Origin: Octopus vulgaris
Lineage: Eukaryota
Assembly: GCA_951406725.2 (NCBI GenBank)
Contig: OX597815.1
Coordinates: 93,186,001 to 93,250,000, forward strand
Reading direction: 5' to 3'
DNA length: 64,000 nucleotides
A program made the position numbers and the translations under genes. Positions 1 through 13,230 of the stretch are shown here, in pieces. The notes beneath the pieces were generated by a model, which saw nothing but the letters and a program-made list of their open reading frames with translations, was not told the DNA's origin and searched no databases. Position 1 is the stretch's first letter; every line of letters begins with the position of its first letter.

Positions 1-152
1 TCGTATCTTTTCAGAGAGGCCTTTCACATAGGGTAGAGAGACCGAGGACAGTTTATTGGTTTCATCTTCTCTTTTCTTCATAACAAGACAAGGACAAATA
101 TCCGTCAAATGTAAATAATATACATAATTCCTTATCTCTTAAATATAGAACT
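1..152. mobile_element. End of a MITE/DNA-transposon remnant cut by the window edge
   Basis: Ends in ...tctcttaaatatagaactg, a TIR-like terminus (CAGTTCTATATTTAAGAGA on minus). Confidence 0.35.
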
Positions 153-338
153 GTGGTGAGAAAATATTTCAAATTATGGATGAAATCTTCATTTGTAATT
201 TTAATGCCACAAGAATTGTCTGTGTATCTGTTAATGACATTCTACTACAATCTCTCTCTCTCATATGTGTACGCACATGCACACACACACACACACACAT
301 TTAGTTGGAAAGAAAGAAAACCAGCAAAAGTAACTTAC

Positions 339-594
339 CATCTAAGTCGGCACTTGTGCGCGTCCCTGCAGCAGATGATACTTTCAAAATTGGAACCGGT
401 TTAAGTGCAGACATTGGAACAAGACCTTGACTAGACTCTTTCACCTCGGTAGGTAATGTACGCACAAGGCACCATTCCGGCTGTCCAGGAGGGCAAACAT
501 CTATTAGTTCTACTTGCTGACCCTTCTGAACACTCAGGTCCCATGTAGATGTAGCTGAATAGTCAACAATGACAACTGTAACATCTGAAGAACA
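339..594 (-). CDS. Trio: Trio exon: first SH3 domain (CSSDVTVVIVDYSATSTWDLSVQKGQQVELIDVCPPGQPEWCLVRTLPTEVKESSQGLVPMSALKPVP...)
   Basis: ttgcag acceptor and GTAAGT donor; 256 nt, phase 0/1. SH3 motifs VIVDY, L.V.KGQ.VELI, PEWCLVR and GLVP are typical of Trio/Kalirin SH3-1. Confidence 0.93.
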
Positions 595-1057
595 CTGCAA
601 TAAATAAATAAATAGATAAATAAATAAATGAATAAAAGTTAATTAAATTTTAAAAATCACTTTCAATAAATACTTAAAATATATAAACCTTAACATGTTT
701 CTAAGAATCACAAGAATTCCTAAATTTGGTCTTGTTGTTGCTGTGTTGTTCTATGTTGGTCATGATCATACAAACCTTTAGCAAGCAATGAGTCAGTCAA
801 ATGACTAACAATGACTGGCAAATGTCATGTTCCGAATATATAAATTTGGTGTTTTAACCTGTAGTGATCCTTTAGTGAACCATTACTACTAACACTCCAT
901 AATGTGTCTTAAATTTTAAAGTATAGTCAAACACTATAATGTTTATTGATATTCTATGGTTGTGTTTAAAAAGTGATTTAACAAAAAGTTGTCACATAAA
1001 ATAGGTATGGGAGTTTGAATCTACTCAACTCTCACATTATTACACATGTCCTTGGCA

Positions 1058-1270
1058 TCATTTAATGTCTGTTTTTCATGCTCACACAGGTTGGATAGAT
1101 TGACAGGAGCTGGTGAGCTAGAGGATTGCACCAAGCTCTGCTGTCTGCTTTCATATGGTTTCTACAGCTGGATGTCCTTCCAAATGCCAGCCACTTTGTA
1201 GAGTATACTGATACTAGAAGCTTCTAACATGGTACCAGCACTGGTGATGTCACCAAGTAAATTACAAGAC
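1058..1270 (-). mobile_element. RTE-LINE-related 3' tail / SINE-like repeat
   Basis: catcatttaatgtc...ttttcatgc...ggttgga...tttctacagctggatg..ccttcc; same family as 16120-16272, 39060-39350, 45070-45246, 46340-46740 and 60154-60450. Confidence 0.7.
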
Positions 1271-1836
1271 AAAAATCTTCTTGACTGAGAGGGGGAGTAG
1301 TTTTTTTTGGGTGGGGGTGGGGGGGTGATGAGAGGTTAAATTATGAAAGTGGGACAGAAACTGGTGTCTTGCTCTAGAGGAGATACATTGCTACTTCAGT
1401 CAGCGGAGTAGGTGGAGGGTGAGAGGAAGTGGGGGTGGAAAGAAGGCAGTGAAGATGTGCCAAGATGTACTTTCAAGGTACAAAAAGGTGAATGCAAGTG
1501 GAGTGTAACAGAGTACTGGACAGGATAAATGAATAAGGAATTCACAAGAGTGTGAAACATGAGTAGAAGACGGAAGAAAAGGAATGGAGTGAGTGGTGAA
1601 CAGGGGTATGTAAGGGAATAGTAGGATAGCAATGAAATAGTTGGGAGGGGGGGGGGGGGGGTAAAGTGTCACTGCACTTCAGAAAAAGTGGGGTAGAGAA
1701 ACAAACAGTGCACAACGAGATTTAGTTTGCTTCATTGGTGTAGAAAGATTTAACGTAATGCGTGGGTGGGGAACACATAATACACAGCACTGCCTGAACT
1801 CAGTTTTGCTAAGGTGGGAAGGTATTTTCAAGAACC

Positions 1837-2060
1837 TCACATCACTAAACATCTCAGTCCACTGTCATCTTTGTGAAGCTTAACATTGAAACTGGCCCTC
1901 ACTATTTCATCCCATGTCTGTCTGGGTCTCCCTCCCACTTTAAGTGATTGGCACTTTTTCATACAGCTGTCCTCATTCATATGTACTAAATGACTAAACC
2001 ATTGTAGTCTTCTCTCTTGCATGTTACATCTAATTCCTGGTATGTCTAACTTTTCTCTCT
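1837..2060 (-). mobile_element. RTE-clade LINE, decayed C-terminal ORF fragment
   Basis: QERRLQWFSHLVHMNEDSCMKKCQSLKVGGRPRQTWDEIV matches the RTE C-terminal RRLRW.GH..RM...GRPR.TW motif. Confidence 0.8.
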
Positions 2061-2896
2061 AACAAAGTATTAATTCACAGATAACAATTGGAATACTTGC
2101 ATGGTTTTAGGTATGTTCTTATCAAAAGTATTACCTTTATATTGTATGTAAATTTGTGTGTGTGTGTGTGTGTGTAACAATTCTCCCAATTATCTGTGCC
2201 ATGTCAAAGTGACCTGCATGTCTTGTTTAACATAAGAACAACTTACAAATGCCATCTTTGAAGAGAGACATCTCTATTTAAAAAAGACCAACATTTGACA
2301 GCTGGCACTAAATCTTATACAATAGATGATATAAGATACAATAATGGTACATTTACAATTCCTTCAGATGTCTGACAGTTGTTTAAGTTATAGTTACACA
2401 ACATTAAGCACAAAAAAAAAGATTATTTTCCTCTAGGAACAATTGCGTATATGAAGTTAGTTTTCTCAATTCTAAATGGAGAGCATAAAGTGATTAACAA
2501 AATAAACCCATAATTTCACAGACATAAATAGAAACATATTTACAAAACAATGTACATAGGCATATGTAAACAAACATATTTACCTAAATATAATGTACAC
2601 ATACATGGATACACTTACACACACACACACTGATATTCACTAAGTTTTCATTTACCATTGTAGTAAAATACATTTTTAAAACTGCAACTATATTTTCAAT
2701 ATATTCTTTGATTGCAGTAGCGATTCTTATTTGTAGTTACAATTTACTGAAGAAAAAAAGGCTATGTACAAATGTGATGACAGTTATTTTGTTTGTGTTT
2801 GAGAGAGAGAGAGAGAGAGAGATGTACACACACACATAGCCAAATCTCCTTCATATGAGACTTTATTGAAAATAAAAACAAGGAAGGACACATTAA

Positions 2897-3118
2897 CCCT
2901 TTTGTTACCATATTTCTGTTGAAATACATTGCCTTTGTTTCAATAAGTTTGAAAGTAATGAAGAACTTACAACATTAATTTTGACTTTATTAAGCTGGTG
3001 TTTGGAACATAAATTAGCAGGAAATTGTTGATGGCAATATTTAATTAAGATCAATTTAAAATAGGAAGTTTGTATCAAAGAACTAGGTACGGTTTCAGGT
3101 GCAACTGTATGAAAAGGG
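2897..3118. mobile_element. piggyBac-like MITE
   Basis: TTAA|CCCTTTT...AAAAGGG|TTAA. Related copies at about 25985-26233 and a split copy at 19864-21205. Confidence 0.75.
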
Positions 3119-5294
3119 TTAAATGATGTTGTCCTACTTACATATACTACGACTGAATCAAAGACATGAAGGTTACTGTTAATGGCTGCTGGATCAGGTC
3201 TGATGAGGGACTAAACAACAGAAACCCAGCCAAAATCACCCCACCTCATTACACACTGTAGTATAGCTGTGTGACAACTCTAAGTATTGTCAGTGTAATG
3301 TTGTGAAGAGACTTAATGGTATTGATCATGTAAGCCAATATTTACATATTTCGGCTGACAGCCAGAATTAACCAATAGTGTGAGATTTATGGTGATGTGT
3401 ATTTTCACTAACTCTACTTAATGTTTGGGAACATGCCATAAGCAGGGTGGGCGGGGGATAATGCTGAGAGAGAGGAAGAGAGAGAAAGAGGAAAAGAGAG
3501 AGAGAGGAGAGAGATTCAAACATTTAATACTCTTACTTTAGGTCTGGATGTCAAAATTTAATACATTTTATTCTGAGATTAAATCATAATACTGCAAACA
3601 CTCACATGCACACAAATGTCAGTATGTAGATGTATCTGTATAGACAGACACATATACAGAATATGTTTGTAACACACAAAGTTACACACCCTAATGACCA
3701 GAAGTCCTAACTTTCAATACATGAGTGCAGAGAGGGGATAGTTTGGCAAATTTTGTAGGGTGAGGCATAGTTCATTAAACTTTTTTATCAACCTGAATAA
3801 GCTGCCAAACTACATTAAACTTTTTTATCAACCTGAGTAAGTGCGAATGCCAAGTTTTGGTCTGGTAGGATTTGTATATGCAGTAATCACACACACACAT
3901 ATAAATATGATGATGGAAGTCAACTAAATAATGATTATGACTATTGCTTATTAATGAGTTACAACATAAATTTTTAATTGATGCTTTGCAGCTTCAGTCA
4001 CAACTGCTACATATATATCTCTTCTCAGTTTAACACAATGTAGAATGATGACAATTGGTGTTGTGTACAAACATAAGTATTTCTAGACTGCCTCCAGACA
4101 AACAATGTTTAGAACATGGGTAACTCTTTCAGGTGGTGATGATCTATTATTAGCTTGCTTTGTTTCATATAACCTTGAATAACTAACAAGACCAGCCTTA
4201 CAAAGACACACACACACAATTTCACCTCCCCCAACACACATAGTAACATCAGTTGATGTTGTACAGTTTCTATTGACAGATTCCACTCATAAAACATTGG
4301 TCAGCCCGAGTCAAAATAGTTGAAGACATTTGCCCACAGTGCTACGCAGTGAGAACAAACCTGAAAGCATATGCTTTCCTAACTTGTTGGGTCCTTTGTG
4401 TACAGAGATAGCAATTCTGAAGAACTGAGGTTGGAGCATGCTTTTGAATGACTTTATGCCAATCAATCAAATGGCTCTTTTCTGGGTACGGTCTAAGATG
4501 TTTGTGCATATGTCAGCAACACTGTCCCACTTCTCCATTAAGGACTAAAATATCTTCTAGCCCTTATGAGAAAGAGCTAGTTAATGAAATGCAGTCTTAC
4601 TAATGTTAAGGATGCGCTTCTGCCAAGAGGGAATCACAAGATAGTGAGACCTAACAACTGGACTTGAACTGAGTGCTACTTATGATGGCGAAGAAATGTG
4701 GTACAATGCTGTTTTCTTGATAAAAGCAGATTTTTCCTTACTATTGAAAGAGACAAGACTGGCACATACCTAGTGAAAGATGTTTTCAAAATCTGTTTAT
4801 CGAACCAATGGGTTTGGTATGTTGTGTTTAGGTTACAAGTGGATAATACATGGTTAGAGAATATTAAGGATAAAGAAAAGTAATATCATCTGCATAAGAG
4901 TGGAAGTTGTTTGCTGAGGCAGTATGTTACTGACACATAAAAGGAAGAGCAAACTCTGGGGTAAAGTAGAGTTGATAGAATGAGTGATAGAAATATTCAG
5001 CAACAATGCAATCTAATAGGAAGCTACTGATCAAAGAGATAAGATACAGATGGAGACCAGAAGCAGAAAGTTTTAAAAGGAGCTTTGCATAAGACATCAT
5101 GAAAACTCTGGGGATGACAATATTTCTCCCCCCCCCCCCCAACAAGAGCCCTATGGATAGGTGACAGACGAGAGTAGGTCACCAGTGGATCAGGCTTTAT
5201 GAAAATCACACTGGTGGCATGAGAGAGAGAGTGAGAATGAGAGAGATTCAGAATATTGGAAACATTTATAATGGCTGATTCCATTACCTTATAT

Positions 5295-5811
5295 CAGGGG
5301 TCACCAAACTTTTTTCACAATGGGCCAGATAACTGAGAGAATGACGAGTGCAGGCTGCATAACTATTTTGTTCAATACAATACAGTAAATACACAAAAAA
5401 TAAAGACAACCAACATATCTATTTACCAAAACGTTATCAAAGAAGGCAACGATAGCAATAAGATAGTTATATCATACCCAGTGCACACATACCTGAATCT
5501 CACAAACTAAAACAGCAAAAAAGGTGAGATTTGTGAAACTGGTGTTTAGCTCTTAAGATAGCATCAATATTTGCTTTGGAATTGCTGCATCCAATCAAGA
5601 GAATTGCTTTCAAATGTTCATCAGTCAACCTCGTTTGATGTGCTGACTTCACATACTTTATTTTTGAAAATGTTTGCTTGCAGACATAAGTTGTTGCAAA
5701 CACTAATGCCATACCAGAGGCAAATGAACTTTGCAGGTACTTACACAAAAGATGCAGTACAGTGGCGGGCCGGATGAACTGACCACACGGGCCATAGTTT
5801 GGTGACCCCTG
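5295..5811 (-). mobile_element. Non-autonomous hAT (Charlie/SPIN-like) element retaining a transposase C-terminal fragment
   Basis: 16-bp TIRs CAGGGGTCACCAAACT / AGTTTGGTGACCCCTG; 8-bp TSD ccttatat/ccttagat. Minus frame FATTYVCKQTFSKIKYVKSAHQTRLTDEHLKAIL is a hAT dimerisation motif. Confidence 0.9.
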
Positions 5812-7597
5812 CCTTAGATACATTAGAAATAAGTGCAATAGGGAATAGTTAGCAAGGTCAGAGGGTTATTTTTCTTGGAGATGTTATGGATGTGCACATA
5901 TTTTACAAATGAAAATGAAATTTGGAAAAAAGCAAATTTCTGCACATAGCTAAAGCAAAAATTTAGAGGAAATATTAGTTACAAGGGTTTTGTAGTATTA
6001 ATATATCTATGGTATAATATATACATAAGTATAACTGTATGTAATGGCTTAGTAAAATTAGTTCTTTTCTAGTTACTTTATGCCAAGGTCAAGTTGCCTC
6101 TTTTTTCTTTCTTTCAAGATTGATAAAATAACTACCAAAGTACTGGGCTGTGATATAATCAACAAAAAATTCCTTAATGGCACCACCCCAGCTTGGCCAC
6201 AATCCAATGATTGACAATAAAAGAAACACACACACACACACAGAAACGAGCCAATTTGTGTGGAGATCTTTCTACAAAGAAGAAAAATGTTCTGTTTCAT
6301 TGTTGCTTTAATCTTTACAGAAAATCTAATTGAAATAATTGCTGCCTGTTATAAGAAGAAGAGAAGTAAACCACATTGGCTGGGAGAAGAACTCATGGTT
6401 TAAGCAACAAAAAGAAAGAACAAAGAAAACCAAACTGATTTAGAAAATAATATATGGTTCAAGTAAGTAGGTCATGAGAAAATATTAACTCTTGACTAGA
6501 CACAACTCCAGTAGTTTCTATATCCTGTAGTACAAGCCAATCAGAGAGCTGCTACACACAATGCAAATCTACAATACCTTACAATCATAGGAAAGAAAAC
6601 AGCATATGGATAATATGGACCAACATATACGTCTAGAAAGGCAGGATAATCATGGCCAGAATGCCTTTGATTAATAGGTCTGTTCAATTGAAATTGATTT
6701 GTGGCTTAAACATCTACTACAGAATTTTTCCTATATCTCTATTCTACCCACTGTAATAATATGGATAGATTTATGTCAAATCGTATGAAATGTAACAAAA
6801 TAATATATTGTAACATTAACATAAGTTACAGGGTTGAATATAGGTAATTATATCAACCACAGCAATTAACTAGTATTGGTACTTGACTCTTGAAGAATGT
6901 AAGGTCAACATGGTCCCAGTTTATACCCAGAATACAAAGATATCTAAAAACATATTGCAAGTCCTTCTGTTCAGTGCTCTGTTGAGTCTGTCAATCCAAA
7001 ATATAAAGGTAGGGTCACTATGTCTCACACTAACATGAGATTTGGGCCTATGATATACGTATCTTACAAACATCAGTAATATAAATTGAGTGAAGCGTAG
7101 AGGCCAAACTGGGCCAAGACTGATAAAAACAAGAGGTTGAGGATAAATTACGAAATATTTATTACTCAGTAGCAGTGAGTTAAATGTGTTGTACAACAAT
7201 TTCAGATTAAAGGAAGAGTGTGGGTCATGCTGGACAGTATCCACATAATAGGACTCTTCTACAGTGGCAATATCAGTTCACTTGAAGCTTAACTTGAAAT
7301 TTCTGTAAAAGAAGTACTGAATAGCAAGGTGTTAAAATGGGCAGGAGAAGGACACTGCATTTCTAGGGAAGAAAGTTTTGTCAAAGAGTTTAGAAAGCAG
7401 GAAGGATTAATACACTAGTAAAATAACATAAGAAAGAGGCATTATCAGGTTACAATTATATCTAGTAAAAAGGGTTAACAATGGTCCACAAAAGAAATCC
7501 ACATAGAGTATCATTATCCAGTCTACTTCCAGTTAAATGGTGTGATTTCTATTGTACTTAGTGGTATTGCTGGCTATGATATACAGAGCAAATATAG

Positions 7598-7888
7598 GAA
7601 AAAGTATGATAAACACAAGATGCAGTCTATACTATTTGTTCCCTATGTATGTTTTGTCATTGTAACTATTTGCATCTTCTGCAGTGGCTGTTCATAGTGC
7701 AGTTAGATGCAGATGTAGATTTCCAATAGTTCATCACCCTATTACATTATCTCCTGTCAACATAATCTAATAAAGTGTTCCTTTGAGGAACTGTTGGAGA
7801 TCTGCATCTGTGTCTAACTGCACTACGAACGTCCACTAATAGCAAAACGTATGTAAGGAACTGCAGCTTGTGCTTATCATACTTTTTC
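7598..7888. repeat. Old fold-back (MITE-like) inverted repeat
   Basis: 7598-7736 is an imperfect, gapped reverse complement of 7784-7888 (gaaaaagtatgataaacacaagatgcag ... ctgcagcttgtgcttatcatactttttc). Confidence 0.7.
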
Positions 7889-8295
7889 ATACATACGTAT
7901 GTGTACACACACATCTATACTTATAGACAGACAGATATTAATCATCATTTTAACGTCCACTTTCCATGATCACATGGACTGGATGGAATTCATTGAGATA
8001 GGATTTCTATGGTTGGATGCCCATCTTGTCACCAACCCTCACTTGTCCCCAAGTAAGTTAATATTTCGCTATGGCTGGACATATTTCCACAGAAGATTAG
8101 ATACGAAAGACATTACAACTATCACAGAATGTCAAAATTAGGAGACAATAAAACAAACACACACACACAAACAAGCTTCTTTCAGTTTCTGCCTATCAAA
8201 TCCACTCACAAGGCTTTGGTTGTCCCAGGACTTATTGTATGAGCTCAAGGTTTGTTTTCAAAAAACTGCCGCTGTTGCTTCTGCTATTACCATTT

Positions 8296-8387
8296 CTGCT
8301 GCTGCTGCTGCTGCTGCTGCTACTACTACTACTACTACTACTACTACTGCCATTGCCACCACCACTACCACCTGTACTACTACTAAT
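8296..8387. repeat. (GCT)n/(ACT)n compound trinucleotide microsatellite
   Basis: Directly visible. Confidence 0.9.
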
Positions 8388-9011
8388 AATGACGATAATC
8401 TAATGAGTATAAAAACTAGTTAGCATTTGTGTGTGGTAGAAATATTGACTTTATAAAGATCTAAAAGTATTTACTAACAAAACGTGAAAAAAAAAAAAAA
8501 ATTCAACTAAATAAAATATATGAAAGGGTTGTGAAGAGAGTATGATCTCTATCATCATCATAATCATTGAAAGAATGAGCTGGTTGGTAAAGCAGAACAG
8601 AGAAGCCAATTCATTTGTGAAAGATATGTAAGGGAGTATAATATTTACACAGCAGAACATAGTCTCTTTCTTTCTAACTCCCCACCTTCTCTCCCATTCT
8701 CTTGCATGCACGCACGTGCGCACACATGTACACACACACACACATGCACGCACACATGTACACACACACACACATGCATGCACGCGCGCACACACACAAG
8801 CAGTTGCAGAAACTATTTTGTTGAACAAAAACTCTGTCCTAACTTGAAGTCAGGAAATGATTGGCCAAAGATATAATCCCCGCCTGAAGTCTTACTAATG
8901 AAATTACAAGAAAGATAATCATAATAAGTACTTTATGTAGGAAACCTAATAGCACACAAGTGATGTTAACCAACATATCAACATTACAGGAATATTCTTA
9001 CTATATCTCTT

Positions 9012-9048
<37 letters not shown>

Positions 9049-10010
9049 CTCTCAGTATCTCTCTCTCTCTCTCTTTCAATTTGTTGCTGTCTCTTCCATT
9101 CTCTCTCTCCATCTTGCTCATTCACTCTAACTTGCTCTCACTCACTCAATATCTATCTCACTTTTCCTCCACTCTCTTTATGAGATTTATTTCTCAAAAG
9201 AATTTCTAGGCTCAACTGTTTCTTTTGTTATTTCTCAAAAATAAAAGTAAATATAAATAAATAAAAAAAACAAAACTGAAGTCTGTAAACAGAGAGTCCA
9301 TTGATTCTGCGACAATATTTATAGAACAACAGTGGGTGTAGTGGGAAGAGGATGAAGGTAAATGGCTGACATGGCTTCCATATTACTTACCGATATAGAT
9401 TATTGGATATTAGAAACAAGTCTCTTACAAAGAGTTGATTACATAAAATTTCAAAAATATCATTCTTTTATTGTGTTCATTTTTTCAGTCACTTGGTGCT
9501 GCCTTTGAAGGTTTTAGTCTGTTAATAATGTCAAATGTAATGGGGTCTGGAAACTTATTTAATTGATCTAGGAAGGTGGTAAAGCAATGTCTGCCTGGGT
9601 GATATCTGAACTTGGATCATAAAGGAACATAAACAAATACCACAAAGTAGACTGCCATCCATCTGCCCAAACACAGATATTTTTTAACTAAAGGCTTGTT
9701 GAGTGTATGTACATATATTTATGCGTGTGTACATGTGTTTCATAAACAACGGAAAGAGTATACATGATGTATATTCATTTGTATGACATTAGTGATTTAC
9801 TGTCACTAGTCAAGGTTTCCCTCTTGAAGTAGTCTTTCAGGCGAAAGGCCTTGAAGTCCATTGTTGTCTGGATGACTGTATCAAGTGAGAAACTGAATAG
9901 TAATCGAGTGAGTTACCAGCAGTATGTCAGAGTATGTGTGAATAACTGAAATGTGTTGACATATGAGACAATAATACTCAATACCAATTTGTGAGAGTTT
10001 TAATTTAACT

Positions 10011-10340
10011 CAGTGTTTCTCAACTGGGGTCCATATAAGATTTAAGGGGGGGGGTCCACAAAATAAAATAGTAAATTGGGGTTTCACAATAAGTATTTGC
10101 AGAGCCCTTGAAAAAGTTTTGTTGTATGTATTGATATGTATTGCAAAGGAAACAGTTAGGCTTCCTTCTCTAACATTTTACATAGTTCGTCCTAGAGAAG
10201 TCAATGTGTGAAAAACAAAATAGGAATTTGGAAGAAGCATCCATAAAGCTAGTTTTTAAACATTGAATGGCTATGGGGGGAGCGGGGGTTCCACCAGAAT
10301 AAAATAGTTACCAAAGTGGTCTATAGGTTGAGAACCCATG
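10011..10340. mobile_element. hAT-type MITE
   Basis: Imperfect TIRs CAGTGTTTCTCAAC / GTTGAGAACCCATG; degenerate 8-bp TSD atttaact/atttgaca. Confidence 0.6.
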
Positions 10341-11081
10341 ATTTGACAGAATCAAAAGTTAGGATTCAAAAACCTTAGGGTAGCTAAAATTTGTTTCATC
10401 TAATTACATTATACTGCATAATCACATTCATCAAACTTTTAGCCTCTAACAGACTGTCTTCTTTTTTCTGTTCTGGAGTAAACTGGAGCGGAAAAAGGTT
10501 ATTTTAAAGACAGTGACTCAACCATTTTTTACCAATGGATTCTTTTTATTCCTAATTCACTTGGGCAGACCCTCATAGCCATTCAATGTCTACAAAGTCC
10601 CATTATATTTTTAGAATTAAATAATATTTGGAAAAGTACAGAAAAAAGGTTAAAATATTTAGTGTATTGTAGAATTATAAGCAATTTATTGCACCTAGAT
10701 TTTAATAACAAAAAAATCTTATATGGACTCTGATTGATAACTACTGCTCTAAGAGAAACTAAAAGTCTGATGAATATGGTTCTGCAGTATAGCATAAATT
10801 ATGTGAAACAAATTGTATCCACCCTGTACCATTGAATCTCAGCTTTTGTGTTTTCATTCCTTTTCACACACGCACATATCATTTAAGTATATATGAGCAT
10901 GTCTAGAAATACAAGTATATGCATGAGAAGACATACATAAAACAAAACATACAAACCTACACATATAAATTCCAATGAAGAAACCTTGGATCTAGGTTAG
11001 AAACCAGCCCTTTCTCTATTTTCAAGAAATCTTGAACTTAACAACTGAATAATGACATACATACATACATCCATACATACT

Positions 11082-11119
<38 letters not shown>

Positions 11120-11429
11120 TGCACGTGCATGCATGTGTGTATGCATGCATGTATGTGCACACATATACACATATATTCAAATATACAACCAATGGGCTTC
11201 AGTACATTATCCATCTACTAAATTTCACTCATATGGTATTGGTCAACTGGAAGCTATGGTAGGAAGATACTTGTCCAATAAACTGTGTAACAGGATCAAA
11301 GTTGGAGCTACATGATCGTGAAGTGAACATTTATTTTTTTTTCTTTTTGTTTTGGTAACCAGTAATTAGGTAAAAGAAGAAGGGGTCTTATTTAGGCTCA
11401 CAACAGTCAAAAGCATAAAAATAAAATAT

Positions 11430-11860
11430 TTTTGAAGATTCTTTTAACTAGGAATTGGTCTTTTCAACAGTTGTCCTCTTCTGCAGCTTCCATCCACTTT
11501 AATCACTTGGTACTTCTTTGCTCAACTGTTATCCTTCATACGTATTACATGACTATACCAGCTCAGTCTTCCTTCTTACACATTACAAGTGATTCCTGTT
11601 ATACTCAGTTTCTCTCTTACCTCCCTCTGTTGTTCAGACACAGTAACACTACACATCCAACAGAGAATGCTCACCTCATTTTCTTTCACCTATTGCATAT
11701 CCTTTCATTCAATGCCATTATTTTGTTGCCAAGCAACCTTGCACTTATTACACAAGAATCATGCAATCTACCTTTCACTCAAAGAGAGAAAACTTTCATA
11801 ACCAGCAGAAGTAATAAATAATGTCCAAACTTTTCCTAACCCATTCTTGCTCGGGCTAGT
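11430..11860 (-). mobile_element. RTE LINE C-terminal remnant
   Basis: Minus frame RRLSWYSHVIRMKDNS*AKKYQVIKVDGSCRRG, with stop codons. Confidence 0.65.
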
Positions 11861-12416
11861 GTGCTTTCATAGAAAGAAATAAACATCTTTCTATTTGTCT
11901 CTCTCTTAATATATAAAGATACATACCCTACCCCTTATATAAATATGTGTGTATATATTGTGTTTGTCAATAAAAATATATTCAAATATCTATTACTGAT
12001 ATTGAATTAATGATGATTAAAATGTAATTGAATCAAAATCTTATTGACTATACAGCATACACCAATATGTAACTCTAAACCTATTCTCCGGTAGTTACGA
12101 TAATTAAAATGTGTCTACAACAGTTCACACACACACACATGGTGAATACTTGGTTGCTGCTATTGTCACTCCACAATACTTTTTTTTTTTTAATTTGTCT
12201 TTAGACATTATCAATAATTAATTTAACTAAAAATCACACACAAATATATATATATATATAAAAACAATAAAATGATAAAGAAAAATAAACTATGTTTTCT
12301 TTTTATATTGAATTTTCTTCTAAAAGAGATAAGGTTATTCAGAAATAATTATCATATTTCTGTAGAATAGAATTAGAGTTTCTATATGAAATAAATAGCA
12401 GCAACAATAGCGTTAA

Positions 12417-13230
12417 TGATGATGATGATAAGAAATCTCTTTATTTTTGCCACAAAGATGGCAGACCAGTAAGCATTACAGGGACACACAAGAGGGTTTA
12501 AATAGAATATGAATGAAATAGGGGTGGGGACAAAACTCCAGTATGTACAATATATGCATACATGAGGCAGTCCCATGAGCAGGACTGCCACATAGGTCTG
12601 ATTAAAAAACTCCACTGATTCAGGATTCCCTAGGCTACCAAAGTGTGTGCCCTCTCCTAGCTGTTCTCCTGAATCTAACAGGCCCATTCACTAGGGCTAT
12701 GCACACTACCCTCACTCACCTTTCAACAAATTTAAGAAAAATAGTATCAGCCTCTTCATCTTCACTTTCCTCTCCAAGAAGGATTAGAAGTCAATATTGA
12801 TAAAGGTTTAGCTGATGAGGAAAATGTCTATCCTCAGTCCTTTCAATCATGTCCATCACATAAAGCTTTTCACCACAGCCACCAGACAAAGGTAGATTGC
12901 TTGTTCTTGGTTAATGGAAAGCAGTAAGAGTTTGTCCTAAAAACAACAGCTGTGCGACCTTACACTGCAAATTAGCAATGCTATGTCACTGAATGAGCAC
13001 AAGCAAAATAGTTTCATCATGTAGCACATATCTGAGACGGTCCCGGCGGGTGGCACTTATGCTGCCCATCTGCATCTGCTGCAGTTTCAGGTTAGGGATT
13101 TCTGGAAGATATCTAAAGTTCCTAGTTCAAAGTCCTTCTAGAGATCTTTCAGCAGAGGAATTGAAAAACCTCTGGAACAGTCCAGCTAGTTGGTTTTTGT
13201 TGATGCTAAGAGTTTTCCCACCTATATAGA
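12417..13230 (-). mobile_element. L1/Tx1-type LINE 3' end (zf-RVT/C-terminal region plus 3' UTR), decayed
   Basis: Frameshifted minus-strand peptides DETILLVLIQ*HSIANL, AIYLCLVAVVK..*WT*LKGL and KFVER. Ends in AATAAA followed by an (ATC)n tail. Confidence 0.6.

Noticed and set aside
1308-1662. G-rich runs with G-quadruplex potential
   Set aside because: Low-complexity poly-G within decayed repeat sequence; no supporting context.
9321-9360. Partial complementarity to exon 45947-46092 (aacaacagtgggtg...gaagaggatga)
   Set aside because: Only a 14-nt core plus a short gapped block, 36 kb away; expected by chance at this search size.
12720-13221. 502-nt AG/GT-bounded apparent pseudo-exon on minus
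   Set aside because: Four in-frame stops, phases incompatible with the flanking Trio exons, and the peptides fit a frameshifted L1/Tx1 LINE C-terminus.
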